This document shows, one piece after another, positions 1 through 13,212 of a stretch of DNA of 64,000 bases. Origin of the DNA: Balanoglossus misakiensis (lineage: Eukaryota; Animalia; Hemichordata); NCBI GenBank assembly GCA_040954595.2, contig CM082597.2:7527849-7591848 (forward strand), given 5' to 3'. Numbering within the stretch: the stretch's first letter is position 1; the number at the start of each line of letters is the position of its first letter. The position numbers and the translations under genes were made by a program. The notes beneath the pieces were generated by a model that was not told the origin of the DNA, ran no database searches, and saw only the letters and a list, made by a program, of their open reading frames with translations.

Positions 1-18
1 ATACTATTGCGCCTGGGT

Positions 19-75
19 GAAGGGGGGTCGGCCTGATTTTGAAAACCGACCACACAAACTTGCCGCCCCCCCCCC
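19..75. mobile_element. Fragment of the PIF/Harbinger-like MITE seen at 28509-29315
   Basis: gaagggggg tcggcctgattttgaaaacc..cacaaacttgccg matches 29220-29290. Confidence 0.6.
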
Positions 76-1489
76 AAGACAGAATCTAGCTGACACATAA
101 CAATAGCTTCCCCAATAAATTCAAGAGAACATACATTGAGGGCTGGTAATTGGTGATTTGAGGAATCACAATAGCGCTCCCACTAATAGTGACATACCGG
201 TATAGCTTTGCGAACTCTACAAACACAGTTAAGTATACGACTAGAAGCTATAGGTGTACTCACTACAACAGGGCCAACAACAACAGTAGTCTGAGAGCAA
301 GTGTGATGAATTTAAACACAAATTTCAACTACTTTCAGAACTCATAATGATTCCAGTCTAGTCTGTGAATTAAACTGAACAACCCAAAATACTAAAAATA
401 ATACTATTTGACTTCTATCGTAATGTCTGTTTTCCTGATCCCTAATTTAGTACAAGGAAATAACTTCTAAAATGGCCACTAAAAGGTGACCTCAGGTGAC
501 CCCTGTCCAACCACGGAACCAGATCGAAATAGTATATTCATTGTTTGAATTATTATTTTGCAGCAAATCTGGTTAACAAATCATTATTCAAATGATTGTT
601 TGTGTACTTATTGTTCATGTATGTCTATAATTACATCAGCTTGTGGCAAAAAACACTCTCTTTCATTTGATAAACAAACTGGTCGGAATCCTACCTGTTG
701 TAAGTATCTCCACCTGTTGCAGTCTGTCAACCATTAACTGGATGAGATGCCCTCTGCGGTAGCTTCTTACGTTTATGTGGGTCAGGGTCATCACAGTCCC
801 TGGGACTTGATGTAGGTCCAATCGAAGCACTCCACTCCTCATTATGAAGAACTAATAAAAAGACCTTTTGGGTGTACTACCAGCTAGGGCGGGTGTCACT
901 GGGAGAGGCATGTGCAGTAAAATTCATTTATCATTTCTATATTTCTTCAGTGTATTGTAAAAGCAATTTTCATTTGTTCTCAACAGTTAAAGATAGAGTA
1001 AAAGAACAACTTTTAAAATTAAGTTGAAACTTTTTCCAATAATTTGAATGACTTATAAGCCACATTGCAACTGATAATTAAAAGTGAATAAAACCGACAC
1101 ATATCACTTCAGTTTTTCACACAGATTTTAATAGAAACTATTTACCAGCAAGGTAACATTACCTTTAATTCGACGTACAATTTGTTTTTTGTCGAGAATC
1201 CCTCCTCTGGGAATGAAAGCATAAGGTAGCCGCCAGCCATAGATTAAGTGCCATGGCAGTCTTGGCATTTACTTTATTTCTACAATGACCATTCCTGAAA
1301 ATTCTGGTGTCACCTTTAGCACCGCAACAGTCTGGAGATGTGACGAATATGGCTGTACATCTGTTTTGAATTCCGCTTTCATTTTGTGCATATGGTTCTT
1401 AATCTATCTCTGAAAATGGTCTCACCAACAAAACTAATGTTTGGAGTTCAAGTGCCGTCAACAATTCCTTCAGATTAGCGTTAAATCAT

Positions 1490-1800
1490 GATTTTTGGGT
1501 CCCATTGGTATGTTCCATGGGACCTTATTGGATCGGTTGCATCTGTATGTATGTATGTATGTATGGATGTATGTATGTCTGTATGTCCGTCCACATCAAA
1601 AACTTGAAAACCGCTGCGTGTATCACCTTGATATTTGGTGTGCAGATGCAGGCTGGGCTATAGATGGGAGTTTGTTCAAATGAAGGTGTCATTGCCAAAA
1701 ATATGCAAATTAGCTGGAAAAATGTGAATTTGGGCATAACTCAATAACTCAAGAACTACTGGTCAGATTGCTTTGCAAAGTGGTGTGTATTTACTTTATT
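1490..1800 (+). mobile_element. DINE-1/HINE-like (Helentron-associated) non-autonomous element, partial
   Basis: T-run, short inverted repeat (ggtccc..gggacc), (TATG)n microsatellite, then a core resembling such elements. Family assignment is by architecture only. Confidence 0.4.
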
Positions 1801-3118
1801 GAGTTGTTTTAATTAGGCAGGAAGTTCCCTGGTGTGAATGATTTACACAGCAAATTCCTGAATGATTACATAACTGGCTAAGTTTTAAAGAGGCCAGCTG
1901 TTCTATTTAGTGTATGTACAGTACATATGCCATTGGCAGCTTATGGGTCAGTCAGTGTTTGCCCATTGATCTCTCGCTATGTGTGTGTCTGTCTGTCTGT
2001 CTGTATATGGCCATGTACTCCGGTGTTGACTTTTTCTTGTGTAATCCCTCAATGGGACCTCCGTGTCCTTGACACGATTTTTTTAGATGGCCCCTCTATT
2101 TAAAATCATCAAAGGAGATCCCAAAGCCTATAAATCTCGTTTCGGTATTTGCTCATCTCGTAAAAGGCCTCTCAGTTTGTGTTCTATATTTCTGTCTATA
2201 TCATTTTCAAGATTCATGAAAAGGGTCTGAAGTTGTCTCAAAACCCTGTGAAGCTCAATTAAATGATAATATTACTTTGTCAGTGTAATATCATACAAAG
2301 GTACATGTACATGTAGGTACCGATAACATGAAAATTACATCTGTTTCCCAAATCTGATCTAAGAGACCTTTGGATATTCTAACATGAATACTATGAGTAA
2401 CGTTTTTTATATCTCCATTGGAGATTAAGTTATATTATAAGTATACTGATGGAAAATTACAACTGCTTTACATAATTGTAGCTTAATTTCATACAATTTA
2501 AAAAAATGTGACTTAAGTCATTCGTACAAAATCTGTATACGACTGGGAAACTGTGAAACCAGCAAGTTTTGCCTGAAAAAAAGAAAACTTTTCTCCAAAT
2601 TAGACAAACTTCACATTTTACAACTCAAGCATGTCTGACTCAGGTCATCCTATAGCTGTACTGTTAGCTGGTCACATTCATCAGAGGTGAAAATGAACAA
2701 CTCACGACTGAACTGTGCCTGAGTAAATGACAGACTATTCATGTGTATTTTAAGATTTCCTCTTGGTTGTTTGACATACCATAATTCTGTGTGATGGATG
2801 TACGGTATGTGTTGATAGTAAATAGTTTTCTAATATCGTCATATCAAATGTCATAAATGTCGACCATCATGCATCGTTTTTTGTCTCGAGTGGGCCATCT
2901 TTGCCCGGAGATTTGTCTATAGTATTTCCCCAGTCCCTCTTTCTGGCATGCCCAACAGAAGAAGCAGACGGGTCTGGGTAACCAAGACTATGTTCCAGTG
3001 CCATTCAGATCGAAACTTTTAGATTTATTGTATCCAAATCACATTCCACCCACTCAGTGACTTTACAATCCCTTGTGATTAGCGCCCCCATTCGGTCATA
3101 AGATATCATAGAAGTGAT

Positions 3119-3240
3119 CTTTCATATGAAGGTCTTTGCCTTTCATATGAAGGGTATTTACCTTTTACAGGAAATTTATTTACCTTTTATATGAAGGTTA
3201 TTCACATTTCGTATGAAGCCTATTTACCTTTCAGATAAGA
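3119..3240. repeat. Degenerate ~21-23 bp tandem repeat (ctttcatatgaaggtatttac)
   Basis: About 5-6 diverged units visible. Confidence 0.65.
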
Positions 3241-6200
3241 CAATTTTTTCAGTCACTATTTTTTCCTTCCAAAATTTTGATTCTCTCATCCACAAACAAT
3301 TCCAAGACAAAAGTATGTCTGACAGAAATTAAACTTTATTTCCAGGAAATTTCTCCATTCACAACTTCATATATTAGACGTAGGGTACATTTGAAATTCA
3401 TATACAAATTACACTGTCTTTGACTCATTTTAATATCCCCAAAGCCATTGTTTTCTTCTTCTTTTTTAAAAGAGGTACTGGTAATGTGAGTAAAATTTAC
3501 AAAAGTCACCATTTCACTAAAATTTTATGCAAAGCTTTATGAAAATGTTGAAATAAAGAACGTCTTCAAAATCCGATGCCTGATATTCGTGCATCTACTC
3601 AACTTTCCTGCCACACAGATCTGAAAGCTGGTGTACAAATGACATTTATCAAGAACATCATCGATCGAGTGACGAGTGAACACAGTACCTGTGGTCTCGT
3701 CAGATCCAAGATGTTCAAGAAACAATGTCTTATACCAAGTACTCAGGCACCTCCTCCTCCACCAGTATGCTAGGCAGATTGACCTTTGACCTGTGAAGAC
3801 ATCGACTGGATACAGGACTTTAATACTGTTGCATGGATGAATATCTGAATTTGAAAGATCTTTTCTACTTTCCATTAGATCAATGATCTGTCAACTTTTT
3901 CTGAGGCCAAATCGATAGGTTAATAAAATCACTGGATAAATTGTCAATGCCGGGTTCAATGCACGGAATGAAAATGATTGTAAAAGCTGATGCGGGCAGT
4001 TGCCAAAAGTCGGTTGGAAATCACCAACAACTTCCTCCCGCCTCCAGCTTGCACCACATATCCCATGACCTGTGTGTTAAATAATAACCACCAACAGACG
4101 CCCTCTACAGTATCTTCTTACGTTTCTGATCTTCATGGTAATCTAGTGGCTTTATTACCCTTGGAATCAGCTTCATCTAGCCTAGACAGAAGCTCCAACC
4201 CTATCTGTGCATAAAACCTGTTTGTGTGGACTGTAGGTATAATAAGTGAAAGTTTTTAAGCATAAATTCTCAGTTACATTTTTGCATAATCGAATTATTG
4301 TCCACGTGAGGCTCCAGGTAGGGTTTAAAAAGTAAATAAAAACTAGCTGCTATGAATTAAAAGAAAACAATCAGCATTTCATTTTATTTATTTAAAGATT
4401 ACTTCTGTGTGTTATATGACCACATGAGGGCGCTAATCAGAAGGGAATGTCAAGTCATTTAGCGAGTGGGACTGAACCTGGATATAATTTTGGAGATTTC
4501 ATTGATCTGACTGGATGTACTAAATGCAAAATGTGTTTGTCTTTTTTTTATAGATTATTATAGATTTTACACAGGCTAACTTGCGGTCATTCTTGGGGGT
4601 GAATATGGAGTAAGCTAGTTTGTAGAGAGCTGAGTTGGTAAATTCTCTGCAGTAAGTTGGATACTCTGCTCAAACTCTAGTGTACTGTGTTCGCTTTCAT
4701 TCAAACAATTATTTCACACATTAAGGAACAAAGTCACCAACTTTTGACATTATTTTGGATATTTTAGATTCTTCTAATGGACTTTTCATGTTGTTCAACT
4801 CACCAAAACATGCACATTGACCGATTTTCACAACTAACTTACATTACACATGAATAATTCCAACATTTATTTTTGGTCTGTACCAAAAATTATATTGCAG
4901 ACAAAATGTTATATTCATATGCAATGTGTGAGTTGAATTGTAACAACTAGCCATTGATCATGTTTCAGTGAGTAGACATACATCAAAAGCCCATCAAATG
5001 AAACTAAAATATCCAAAATCATTTCAAAAGTTATCAACTTTCCCCTTTACTCTAAGCTCTCATATAAAATAAACTAGACAAATAAAGTAATAATGATGAA
5101 CATTTAATGATGTATAACAAACGAAAAATCTTCAATAATAAAACTAGAACAAAAATAAAGAACACACAATGTAAAACTCAACTGCATAATTTTAACATGC
5201 TTTCAACCAAGTCATAAAATGATAAAGAATTGAATACTGATGAAAATTTACTACTGTATATAAAAGTAAAAAAATAATGTTCGATGATAAATCTACCAAA
5301 AATAAACAGCACATATTAAATCATGATTGTCTAATTTATATCATGCATAGATGTTTAATATACAAAGAATGTAATAATAATGAAAATTCATTGCTATTTC
5401 TGATACTAAACAAAAATGTATTAAACTTAACAACAATAAACATAAAAAGATAAAATAAACAGAATATATTAAAGGGTGGGGGTCATCTCATCTGCAGCTG
5501 TGGGAACAGGTCCCATACAACACAGTTGCTAGCAAGTCCAAGTAGGTGCAAAGTGTGACTGCTACAACGTACATCATTGCAAATAATATTGAATGTTGAA
5601 ATTCTAAAATATTAAAGTTCATAAAAATGCAATGAGAAATTAAATTTTTCTGTACCACTTAAAAAATTAAACCATCAGTAACAAGTCATTATTAACAATG
5701 TTCTCACCACTGTAGACATTAAAAAGTCAACTTCAATAAAATGGAATTCTGATTGATAAAATTTGTATTTATGTACTCTGAAATAAATTTTGAGATAATG
5801 AAAAGGAAATGTAATATTTACAATATATACAAGTAATAGTTTAAAAGTCAACCATTCATACACTTGAAATGTCTGTTTAATAAGTTCTGCCAATTTCAAG
5901 TCTTGATAAAATAAATAAAAATAGGAATATAATGTATGTTACAGAAATACCCGCAACAGACCAGCATCACCCGATCATTGTTCATGGACAATGCTCCAAA
6001 ACTCATCATAAAAAACTCACTGACTATCATATCACTACTCACTACTAAATCTAATGTGAAGACTTTATGGCTGTCTTATTCTGACCTTCATTAAGAAGTA
6101 GCCAATGGATCATCCAATCTTTTTTGGTTTGCGACTTTTATAAAGTAACAGTTTCTGACTTGCATTGAGAAGTGGCAAATACTAGATCTTCCTGTCTTTT

Positions 6201-6368
6201 CCCCCCAAGGAAATTTTCCCTCTCCAAATTCATAACTTAATCTTTCAAATTCGCAAGAGGTGAAAACATCAACATCTACTACACAAGATTCAGCAGAACT
6301 CAACTCTGTAAAATAGAGTAAGCTAAACATTCGAGCACCTGCATATTTTGTATCATACTTCAGCTTAT

Positions 6369-6649
6369 GCCAAAATAAAAATTATGTGCTGTTCCGATTA
6401 CCTGACCTACCCTAATGTTAACCGGCCGACCCTAAACATTTTAGAGCTTCGTAAACCCAGAAGTAAAAATAACGATGTAAAATATATACAAAATAGATGA
6501 AACTAGCGTGAATCACGCAAGAACTATGATGTCATTTTCTACATTATGGCGGCCAGAGAAATAAAAAAATTCCAAAAATATTTTTTTCCCAACCTACCTA
6601 CCCTATTTTTGAAAACCGTGTACTTGAAACAGGACATATTTTTGGGGCC
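6369..6649. mobile_element. PIF/Harbinger-like MITE, degraded copy
   Basis: Homologous along its length to 9919-10170; TTA flanks. Confidence 0.65.
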
Positions 6650-7246
6650 TTATGACTTTTTCAATGACCAGATTTTGACTTGTATTGAGAAGGTGGTAAT
6701 TTTTCTGATGTCAATTCACCCAGAATTGGATGAAATCTGGACTGCTGTATCAAATACTTAGCTTGGCTGTTCTCTTCTACATGATCTAGTACATATCTCT
6801 CGCATTCATCTTATGCAACAGTTCTCACCCAGGTCTTCTCAGGAATGATGTAGACAGCAGACATATCTGATAAAACAAAAAATATGTATTATTCCTAGTC
6901 TATTTTCACTATATGCAATAAAACACAAATTATACATTAACATATTGTTTGACTGGCTTTTTTGAAAACATCATTCAGAAATGCATTTCTTTCAAATTAA
7001 AGTTGTATTTACAGACGGCTTTCGGCCAGGCTCAGCTGTGCGCACCGCTGCCGGGTTATACTGGCCAGTCGGCTTTCTCATTTTTGCAAATCTGACACCG
7101 AGGGCGCTAATTTAGAACGAGAAAGAGCATACATGTACAACTCAACTGTTTCACGCTCATATTGACTTACCTCCTTATTCGCTTACTTGACCGAAAGAAA
7201 GTTATAGAATACTTGGTTTGTTCATCGCGTTCTTAATTGCAATTCC

Positions 7247-7999
7247 ATGTTTCTATTTGCTTCTTGGACAAGGTAACCGAGCAACCGCTTGGAACCTTCA
7301 ATTCGTCTGATGCAATATTATGTTATGGTTACCAACTATTTTATGATTTAGATTAAATTAATTAATGGCGTTACCGAATCACAACAACAAATGCATATAA
7401 AGTGAGTCATTATTTGGCGCATGTATGTGGACCATGTTATAAAAGTTATACTTTGAATCTGAACAGTTTACTTGATTTTTTTTCGTCCCAATCAATGGAG
7501 CTCAACAGGTGGGTTTTGTTACAATGATTAATTCTTTGCTTAACCCTTTCACCACCATGTTCAGTCCAAGCCCATTGTTTTGTATGGTAAGGTTGGACCT
7601 CTAAAGAGGGGACTTGGGGTGAAAGGGTTAAACAACCCATTGAAGCTCAAGTCTATTTCGTCTTATGAACTTAAGCATTCTCGAGATACAGACGATAACT
7701 CGTAAATTTTTATATACGCCGTTTTTACTAAAATACTTGATGGGTGATCGATTATTGAATAAACCAAGGTGACTGGGGTTGATTTTTGGTAATATTGTTT
7801 CCATCAATCCTCTTAATATTATTCACTGTAAATTTTTGACCAACAGGATCACAGTTGTGTTGGCAAGTTTGTATTGCATTACAAGTTCGTTTGCTGTCCT
7901 TGGTAAGTGTTTACACAGAGTACTAGTAACATTAAGCCTTGGTTACTTAGGGTGCTCATATCGGTTTCGACTCTGATTTGCTGTAGCTGTTGTTGTTGT

Positions 8000-8093
<94 letters not shown>

Positions 8094-8772
8094 GGTGGTG
8101 GTGTTGGTGTTGTTGTTGTTGTCGTTGTAGTCGTCGTTGAAACGGCGACAACGACATGGGGAATGTGACGATGCCCTTGAAATTGGAAACACTAGCCTTA
8201 CAACATGATTGTCATAGGCGCTCCCGATATTCAAATACAGACATGTCATGAATGTTGGATTGTCAGTATTTTCTTGAACAATAAATTTATGAAAACACAA
8301 TGGCCATTTCTTAATTTTATCTCATTAATTAATGTTACTTTATCATATTCATACATATTATCTCGCAGGTTGGAATCTTGATGTTAGCAACTTCATGATT
8401 CGCGATGCCCAAGCCATCACATACAGTCCGACCTACCAAACGCTAGTTACATTCGACGTAGATATTACCATGTCTACTCCGCATTGCTACGCGTCCTTCA
8501 ACGCTTTCATTGTATACTTCAAGGGCAGTGGGATATCTGACGGATTTTTGGCGGGTCAACATGGTCTGCATTTCGGAGAACAAATTTCCATAGACAGGCA
8601 AATAAGGGGCGCAGTTGCTGCCACACAACCGGATGTTGAAAACTGCCACCGTTACAACGAAGTGTGCGTGCGACTGCTTATTGAAGAGCATTGCTGTGGT
8701 GACTATACCTGCCACAACTATGAAAGTTGTTTGCCTTTGAATGACCCCTCCGCTGGTTATATAGAGTGCTAA
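7247..8772 (+). CDS. Secreted Cys-rich protein of unknown family, paralogue 1 (161 aa)
   Basis: join(7247..7272,7847..7902,8369..8772); GT-AG introns in phases 2 and 1. The N-terminus MFLFASWTRITVVLASLYCITSSFAVLG is signal-peptide-like. The domain exon aligns with 11522-11944 and 13917-14324 (YFKG, QPDxxNC, CxRLL, AGxIxC). Confidence 0.8.
7544..7627. mobile_element. ~85-bp piggyBac-like mini-MITE (other copies at 21842-21925, ~22420-22508, 59088-59172)
   Basis: TTAA-CCCTTTCACC...GGTGAAAGGG-TTAA, with a shared core among copies. Confidence 0.7.
7987..8140. repeat. Compound trinucleotide microsatellite (TTG)n(ATG)n(TTG)n(GTG)n, intronic
   Basis: Directly visible; lies in intron 2 of paralogue 1. 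Confidence 0.95.
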
Positions 8773-8884
8773 GGTATACGATTTTGCTGTTTTGTTTGCC
8801 AATTAGGCATACCGGTATGCACATTCTATCATTTATTCCATCTCTCGATATCTCTGCATAGAATACTTTTACTGTTCAATTCTG

Positions 8885-8962
8885 CCAGACAGACAGACAG
8901 GCAGGCAGACAGACAGACATGCAGACAGACATACATACATACAGACAGACAGACAGACAGAC
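8885..8962. repeat. (CAGA)n/(CATA)n microsatellite
   Basis: Directly visible. Confidence 0.9.
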
Positions 8963-9918
8963 TTACATCTAGTGACCTTTAAATGCCATCATTGAACCTG
9001 TTTTATTTTATCATTTCATTTCACAGAAACTGGATCCTTCGTTGGCTTGAAGCAAGATTGGCGACTACTCCATTCTGAGAAATTCCTGTCAGCGCCGAGC
9101 TTTTACCGTGTATATGATTTTGCTAGGAAATCAAATCTTCATTTATTACAACTGTGAACATTTGCTGGTGATTTTTATATCTAAAATGATGATTGGTTGT
9201 ATTGATTTACAATATCACATGTTAAATAATACATACATGTTGAAATTCACAGAAATAATTGCAGCTATTGGGTATTGTGCTAGGTTTATGTTAGATCATA
9301 TAAATTTGAAAAAAGTGCCATGCTAAAGCAGATTTTCACCCACCTGGTTGTGTTTAGACATGTAAACAAATAACAATAAGAAAGATATATAATATGAGAA
9401 AAGAGAAGAAGCAAAAATGTACAAAAACACAACAAAATGTATAAACATAGGTTTAGGAAAACGAGAGAGGAAAATAATTGGTTGGCAACTAATCCAGTCC
9501 ATCCCCGTGTACCTGGTTTTTTGAAGAAGTCATAGATTCTGGGCTAACTGTTACCATTGGGATAAAATAGAATATGTAAACAATTTAAGGTTCATGAAAA
9601 ATACAGAGTCATGCACATCTCAGAAAGAAAACAGAGAAAAATATGATTTTCAGGTAATTTCAGTTAATACTATAATACAAGTTGACAATTAATACAAATA
9701 TCAATTGAAAAAAAGAAGACTGGCAAAAAGATTGTTCCGATTAATGACTAAAATTGTCCGTATTCTAGTATCTCTTTGTTATTTCTCTTATGTTTCTAGG
9801 AATATCGTTCCAGACCTTGACGCTGAATATTTGACTGTATGTTGACTCGCTTTATGTCTAATCTTTGGAATGGCTAAATTGTTACGAGCATGTTGTCTTG
9901 AACTATACTTGTGTGTTA

Positions 9919-10170
9919 GGCCAAAATAAAAATATGTGCTGTTCCGATTAGCCCGCCGACCCTAAAATTTTAGATCTTCTTAAACCGAAAGTAAAGATAA
10001 CGATGAGAAATATACACAATTTAATATGAAAATGGCGAGAATCACGCAAGAACTGTGACGTCATTCTTCTACTCTACGGCGTCAAAAATTGCAAAAAAAA
10101 AATCCCTACCTATCTGCCCTATTTTTGAAAACTATGTAATCGGAACAGCACAAATTTTTTTTATTTGGCC
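9919..10170. mobile_element. PIF/Harbinger-like MITE
   Basis: TIR GGCCAAAATAAAAA..TGTGCTGTTCCGATTA / TAATCGGAACAGCACA..TTTTTATTTGGCC, with a 3-bp TTA TSD. Confidence 0.75.
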
Positions 10171-10769
10171 TTATAGGAATAAAGAAATCTTGAAAAGTGT
10201 CTTGTAGTCTTTGATGTAAGGCATCATGTACAAAAGTAACGAATACATTGTATATCAAATAAATGCTATGCTTTAATTAACATATGGATGTCTTCACACA
10301 GAATTATTTGGTACCATGAACGATTTAGAACTTTTAAAAGATATACATGGTTTCAATTAATTCCAAAAATAGTCGGAACAGATGAAATATATTCGACCGC
10401 GACTACTGCAGAGAAAAGTATGGACTCTAGCCAAGACGGAATTCTCTGGGCTCCGGGATTAGACAGACTACATAAGAATTACAAAATTAATAACTTTTAA
10501 GAAAAGCTGAGAGTTTCAAATATTCATTTAGAAGTAATGACAAGTCTCGAAATTGAAATTCAATCGTGTGACAATAAATCTCGCACAGAATTATTACGTA
10601 TACCGGTATTTAATAAACAATGCAATCACTGTTCAGCATCAACTGCCTACAAGCGTACGCATTGATGTGGAAAATTTTTGGTATGGGATTAATATTGATC
10701 TGTCTCCCATTGTCGAGGTGTCTGTGTTTTTGCTCGTCTGCTGTTCCGATTAACCCGAATACATTTGAA

Positions 10770-12270
10770 ATGCCAAGTTCAAAGTAAGTAATGCCTCAAT
10801 CTTAGGTCATATTAAACCATCGATAGAATCTTATCGCCTGCAACTGATCGACGCTTAAACCAATCCATTTTTTTCTTATAGATACCTACTGTTTTGTGTG
10901 ACCATTCTATGCTTCTCAACTGTGCGTGTTATTCACGGTAAGATGCTTTTCGATCCTTGAGTTTGCTCGATTGTCCTTTCATTGTTAGTCAATTTGACAT
11001 TTTCACGAAATTTCACACAAAGCTCAGTCCAGTAGATATAAATTCATTGGTCAAATAAAATATAGGGGTCACAGCGCTCTATTTTGAGATAAATTGCGTT
11101 AAAAAATTTGCCCATAGACAAACCATTGGTGAAAATGCTGAATCAGCAGTTTTCTTCTATTATCGACTAAATTCATGGCTCTGTATTTCAAAAACAAGCG
11201 CGGTGACCCCTATATTTTATTACGGATTTTCATTATACATACAAAGGAGAATCCAAAAATCCACAATTAAAAATGACAATACTTTAATTTTACTGAACGT
11301 ACATCCTTAAGGGGCAAATGTGGTAAAGTGTGTACAAAAATGATTAAAATGTTACACCACACTTTGACAACGACAAATGTCTTCAAAGGCTTAACTTGCT
11401 TAAAATGTCATCTGTGAAACCTTTTTACTTTGATATCTTCTTTAAATACTTGTATAATTTGAAGAAAAAAATCACTAATTAGAGAAGAGTGGTTTGCAAT
11501 TATACATATTATTTTTTTCAGCATCCGAATTACATGTCACCAATCTCAAGATCCATAGCGCGAATGCCATCTCCTACAACCCGAACACCCCTACAAAGAT
11601 TATATTTGACGTCGACATCGATATAGATATTGACATGGAAGATCTTCACTGTGGTCACAATTTCAGGGGTTTCATCATATACTTCAAGGGCGTTGGCATT
11701 TCCCAAGGATTCGTTGCTAGGCAACAGTGTCTGCTATCTGGTCATAATATCCCTCTGCGAAGCAAAGTGGACATCCGGGATGCGGAGGCAACTGTACAAC
11801 CGGATGCAGACAACTGTCGCAACTACGACCGTCTTTGCCTGCGACTTCTGACAGGCGATCACTGTTGTGGAAACCAGGAATGTGATACCTTCGAAACGTG
11901 CCTGTCCTTAGATGAATCATCTGCTGGTACCATAGATTGTACAGGTATCTAGTTTGTTTCCCAACGTTTCAGCAGATGTCCCGATCACACAAGTATACAT
12001 CATTCTATCTATCCCCATCTTAATTTGCATCTCGTTGTTGTTTTTGCTTGTTTGCTTTCGCCTGCCTGCTTTTCTGTATGTCCGTACGTCCGTCTATCCA
12101 TCCATCCATCCATCCATTCGTCCATCCGTTCGTTCGTCCGTCTATCTGTCTGTCTGTCTGTCTATTTACCTAGCAGGAAAAAGTTATGAGGGTTAATAAG
12201 TTTTTGGAGCTAAACGATACAAGTATATATTCGTGGTCTGAATTTGTGTTATTTCATTTTTGTAGAGTAA
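10770..12270 (+). CDS. Secreted Cys-rich protein of unknown family, paralogue 2 (~165 aa)
   Basis: join(10770..10783,10882..10937,11522..11944,12266..12270); signal peptide MPSSKYLLFCVTILCFSTVRVIHA. It has the same 56-nt second exon and intron phases as paralogue 1. The terminal exon (AG TAA) is less certain. Confidence 0.78.
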
Positions 12271-13212
12271 TGGAACCATGACCAAACACAACGAAGACTA
12301 TGAGTGTGGCATCATTAGCGAAGAGTGCCCTCACATTGAATGCGAAGAAAAGGAATTCATTAATTTGACATCTCGTTTCTGTTTCCCCCACACGCGGTGA
12401 CACGGTACTAATTAGAAGTCAAATATCTTTAGTGTAGCTGGTTAACTTGTTTGAAAGAATGCGTCTCTTATTCCCTCTTGTTTTGTATACAATCAAGGTT
12501 TGTTCTCATATAAATAAGGAGCTTTCGTAGACTATTTTTAATTAATTGTGTTTCAGTATTTCTTACAAATGGACACGTAGGACATTATTAAATCCATAAA
12601 ATGTGATATCCAATACTTTATCTTGATTAAGTCACGATTTTGAAAGATTGCGTAGTTGCAATTATTGAATTGCAATACATATACAAGAAAGATAAATATT
12701 GATGTAGCCAAGCAGTAACTCAGTAACGGTTCGCTAAACTGGTCGCTCCAGTGTGACGTCATTCAAGTTCCAGAAACTGGACAGCTAATATATTAATGTG
12801 TAAAAAGTACAGTAATTATTCGACATATGAATCACCCAGAGAAAGGAAACAATCATTTTTTTCTCAAGTGAAATTACATTCAAAGTAAAATTGGATATTT
12901 AACATCTTTGCAATAAAAACACCAGTACTATATTGAATTTATTTCGTTAAATTAAATTAAATTAAATTACATTAAATTAAATTAAATACATTCCAAGCAA
13001 ACGTTAATGTTTGGTATCGTTATAATAAAACCGATATTGAATTTCTTAAATTAAACGAAAATAAATTAAATTACATAACATTCCAAGTATAATTGAATAT
13101 TCGATAACTTTGTAATAAAACCCCAGTTCTTGTATTGAATTTTGGTATAGTAAGCGAAGGGATACCTCGACTTTGTTCATTTCTGTATCTTCTCCCGACA
13201 AAAGTTTTCACG

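Noticed and set aside
7879-8300. Poly-His/Gln and poly-Ile/Thr ORFs
   Set aside because: They are translations of an intronic trinucleotide microsatellite.
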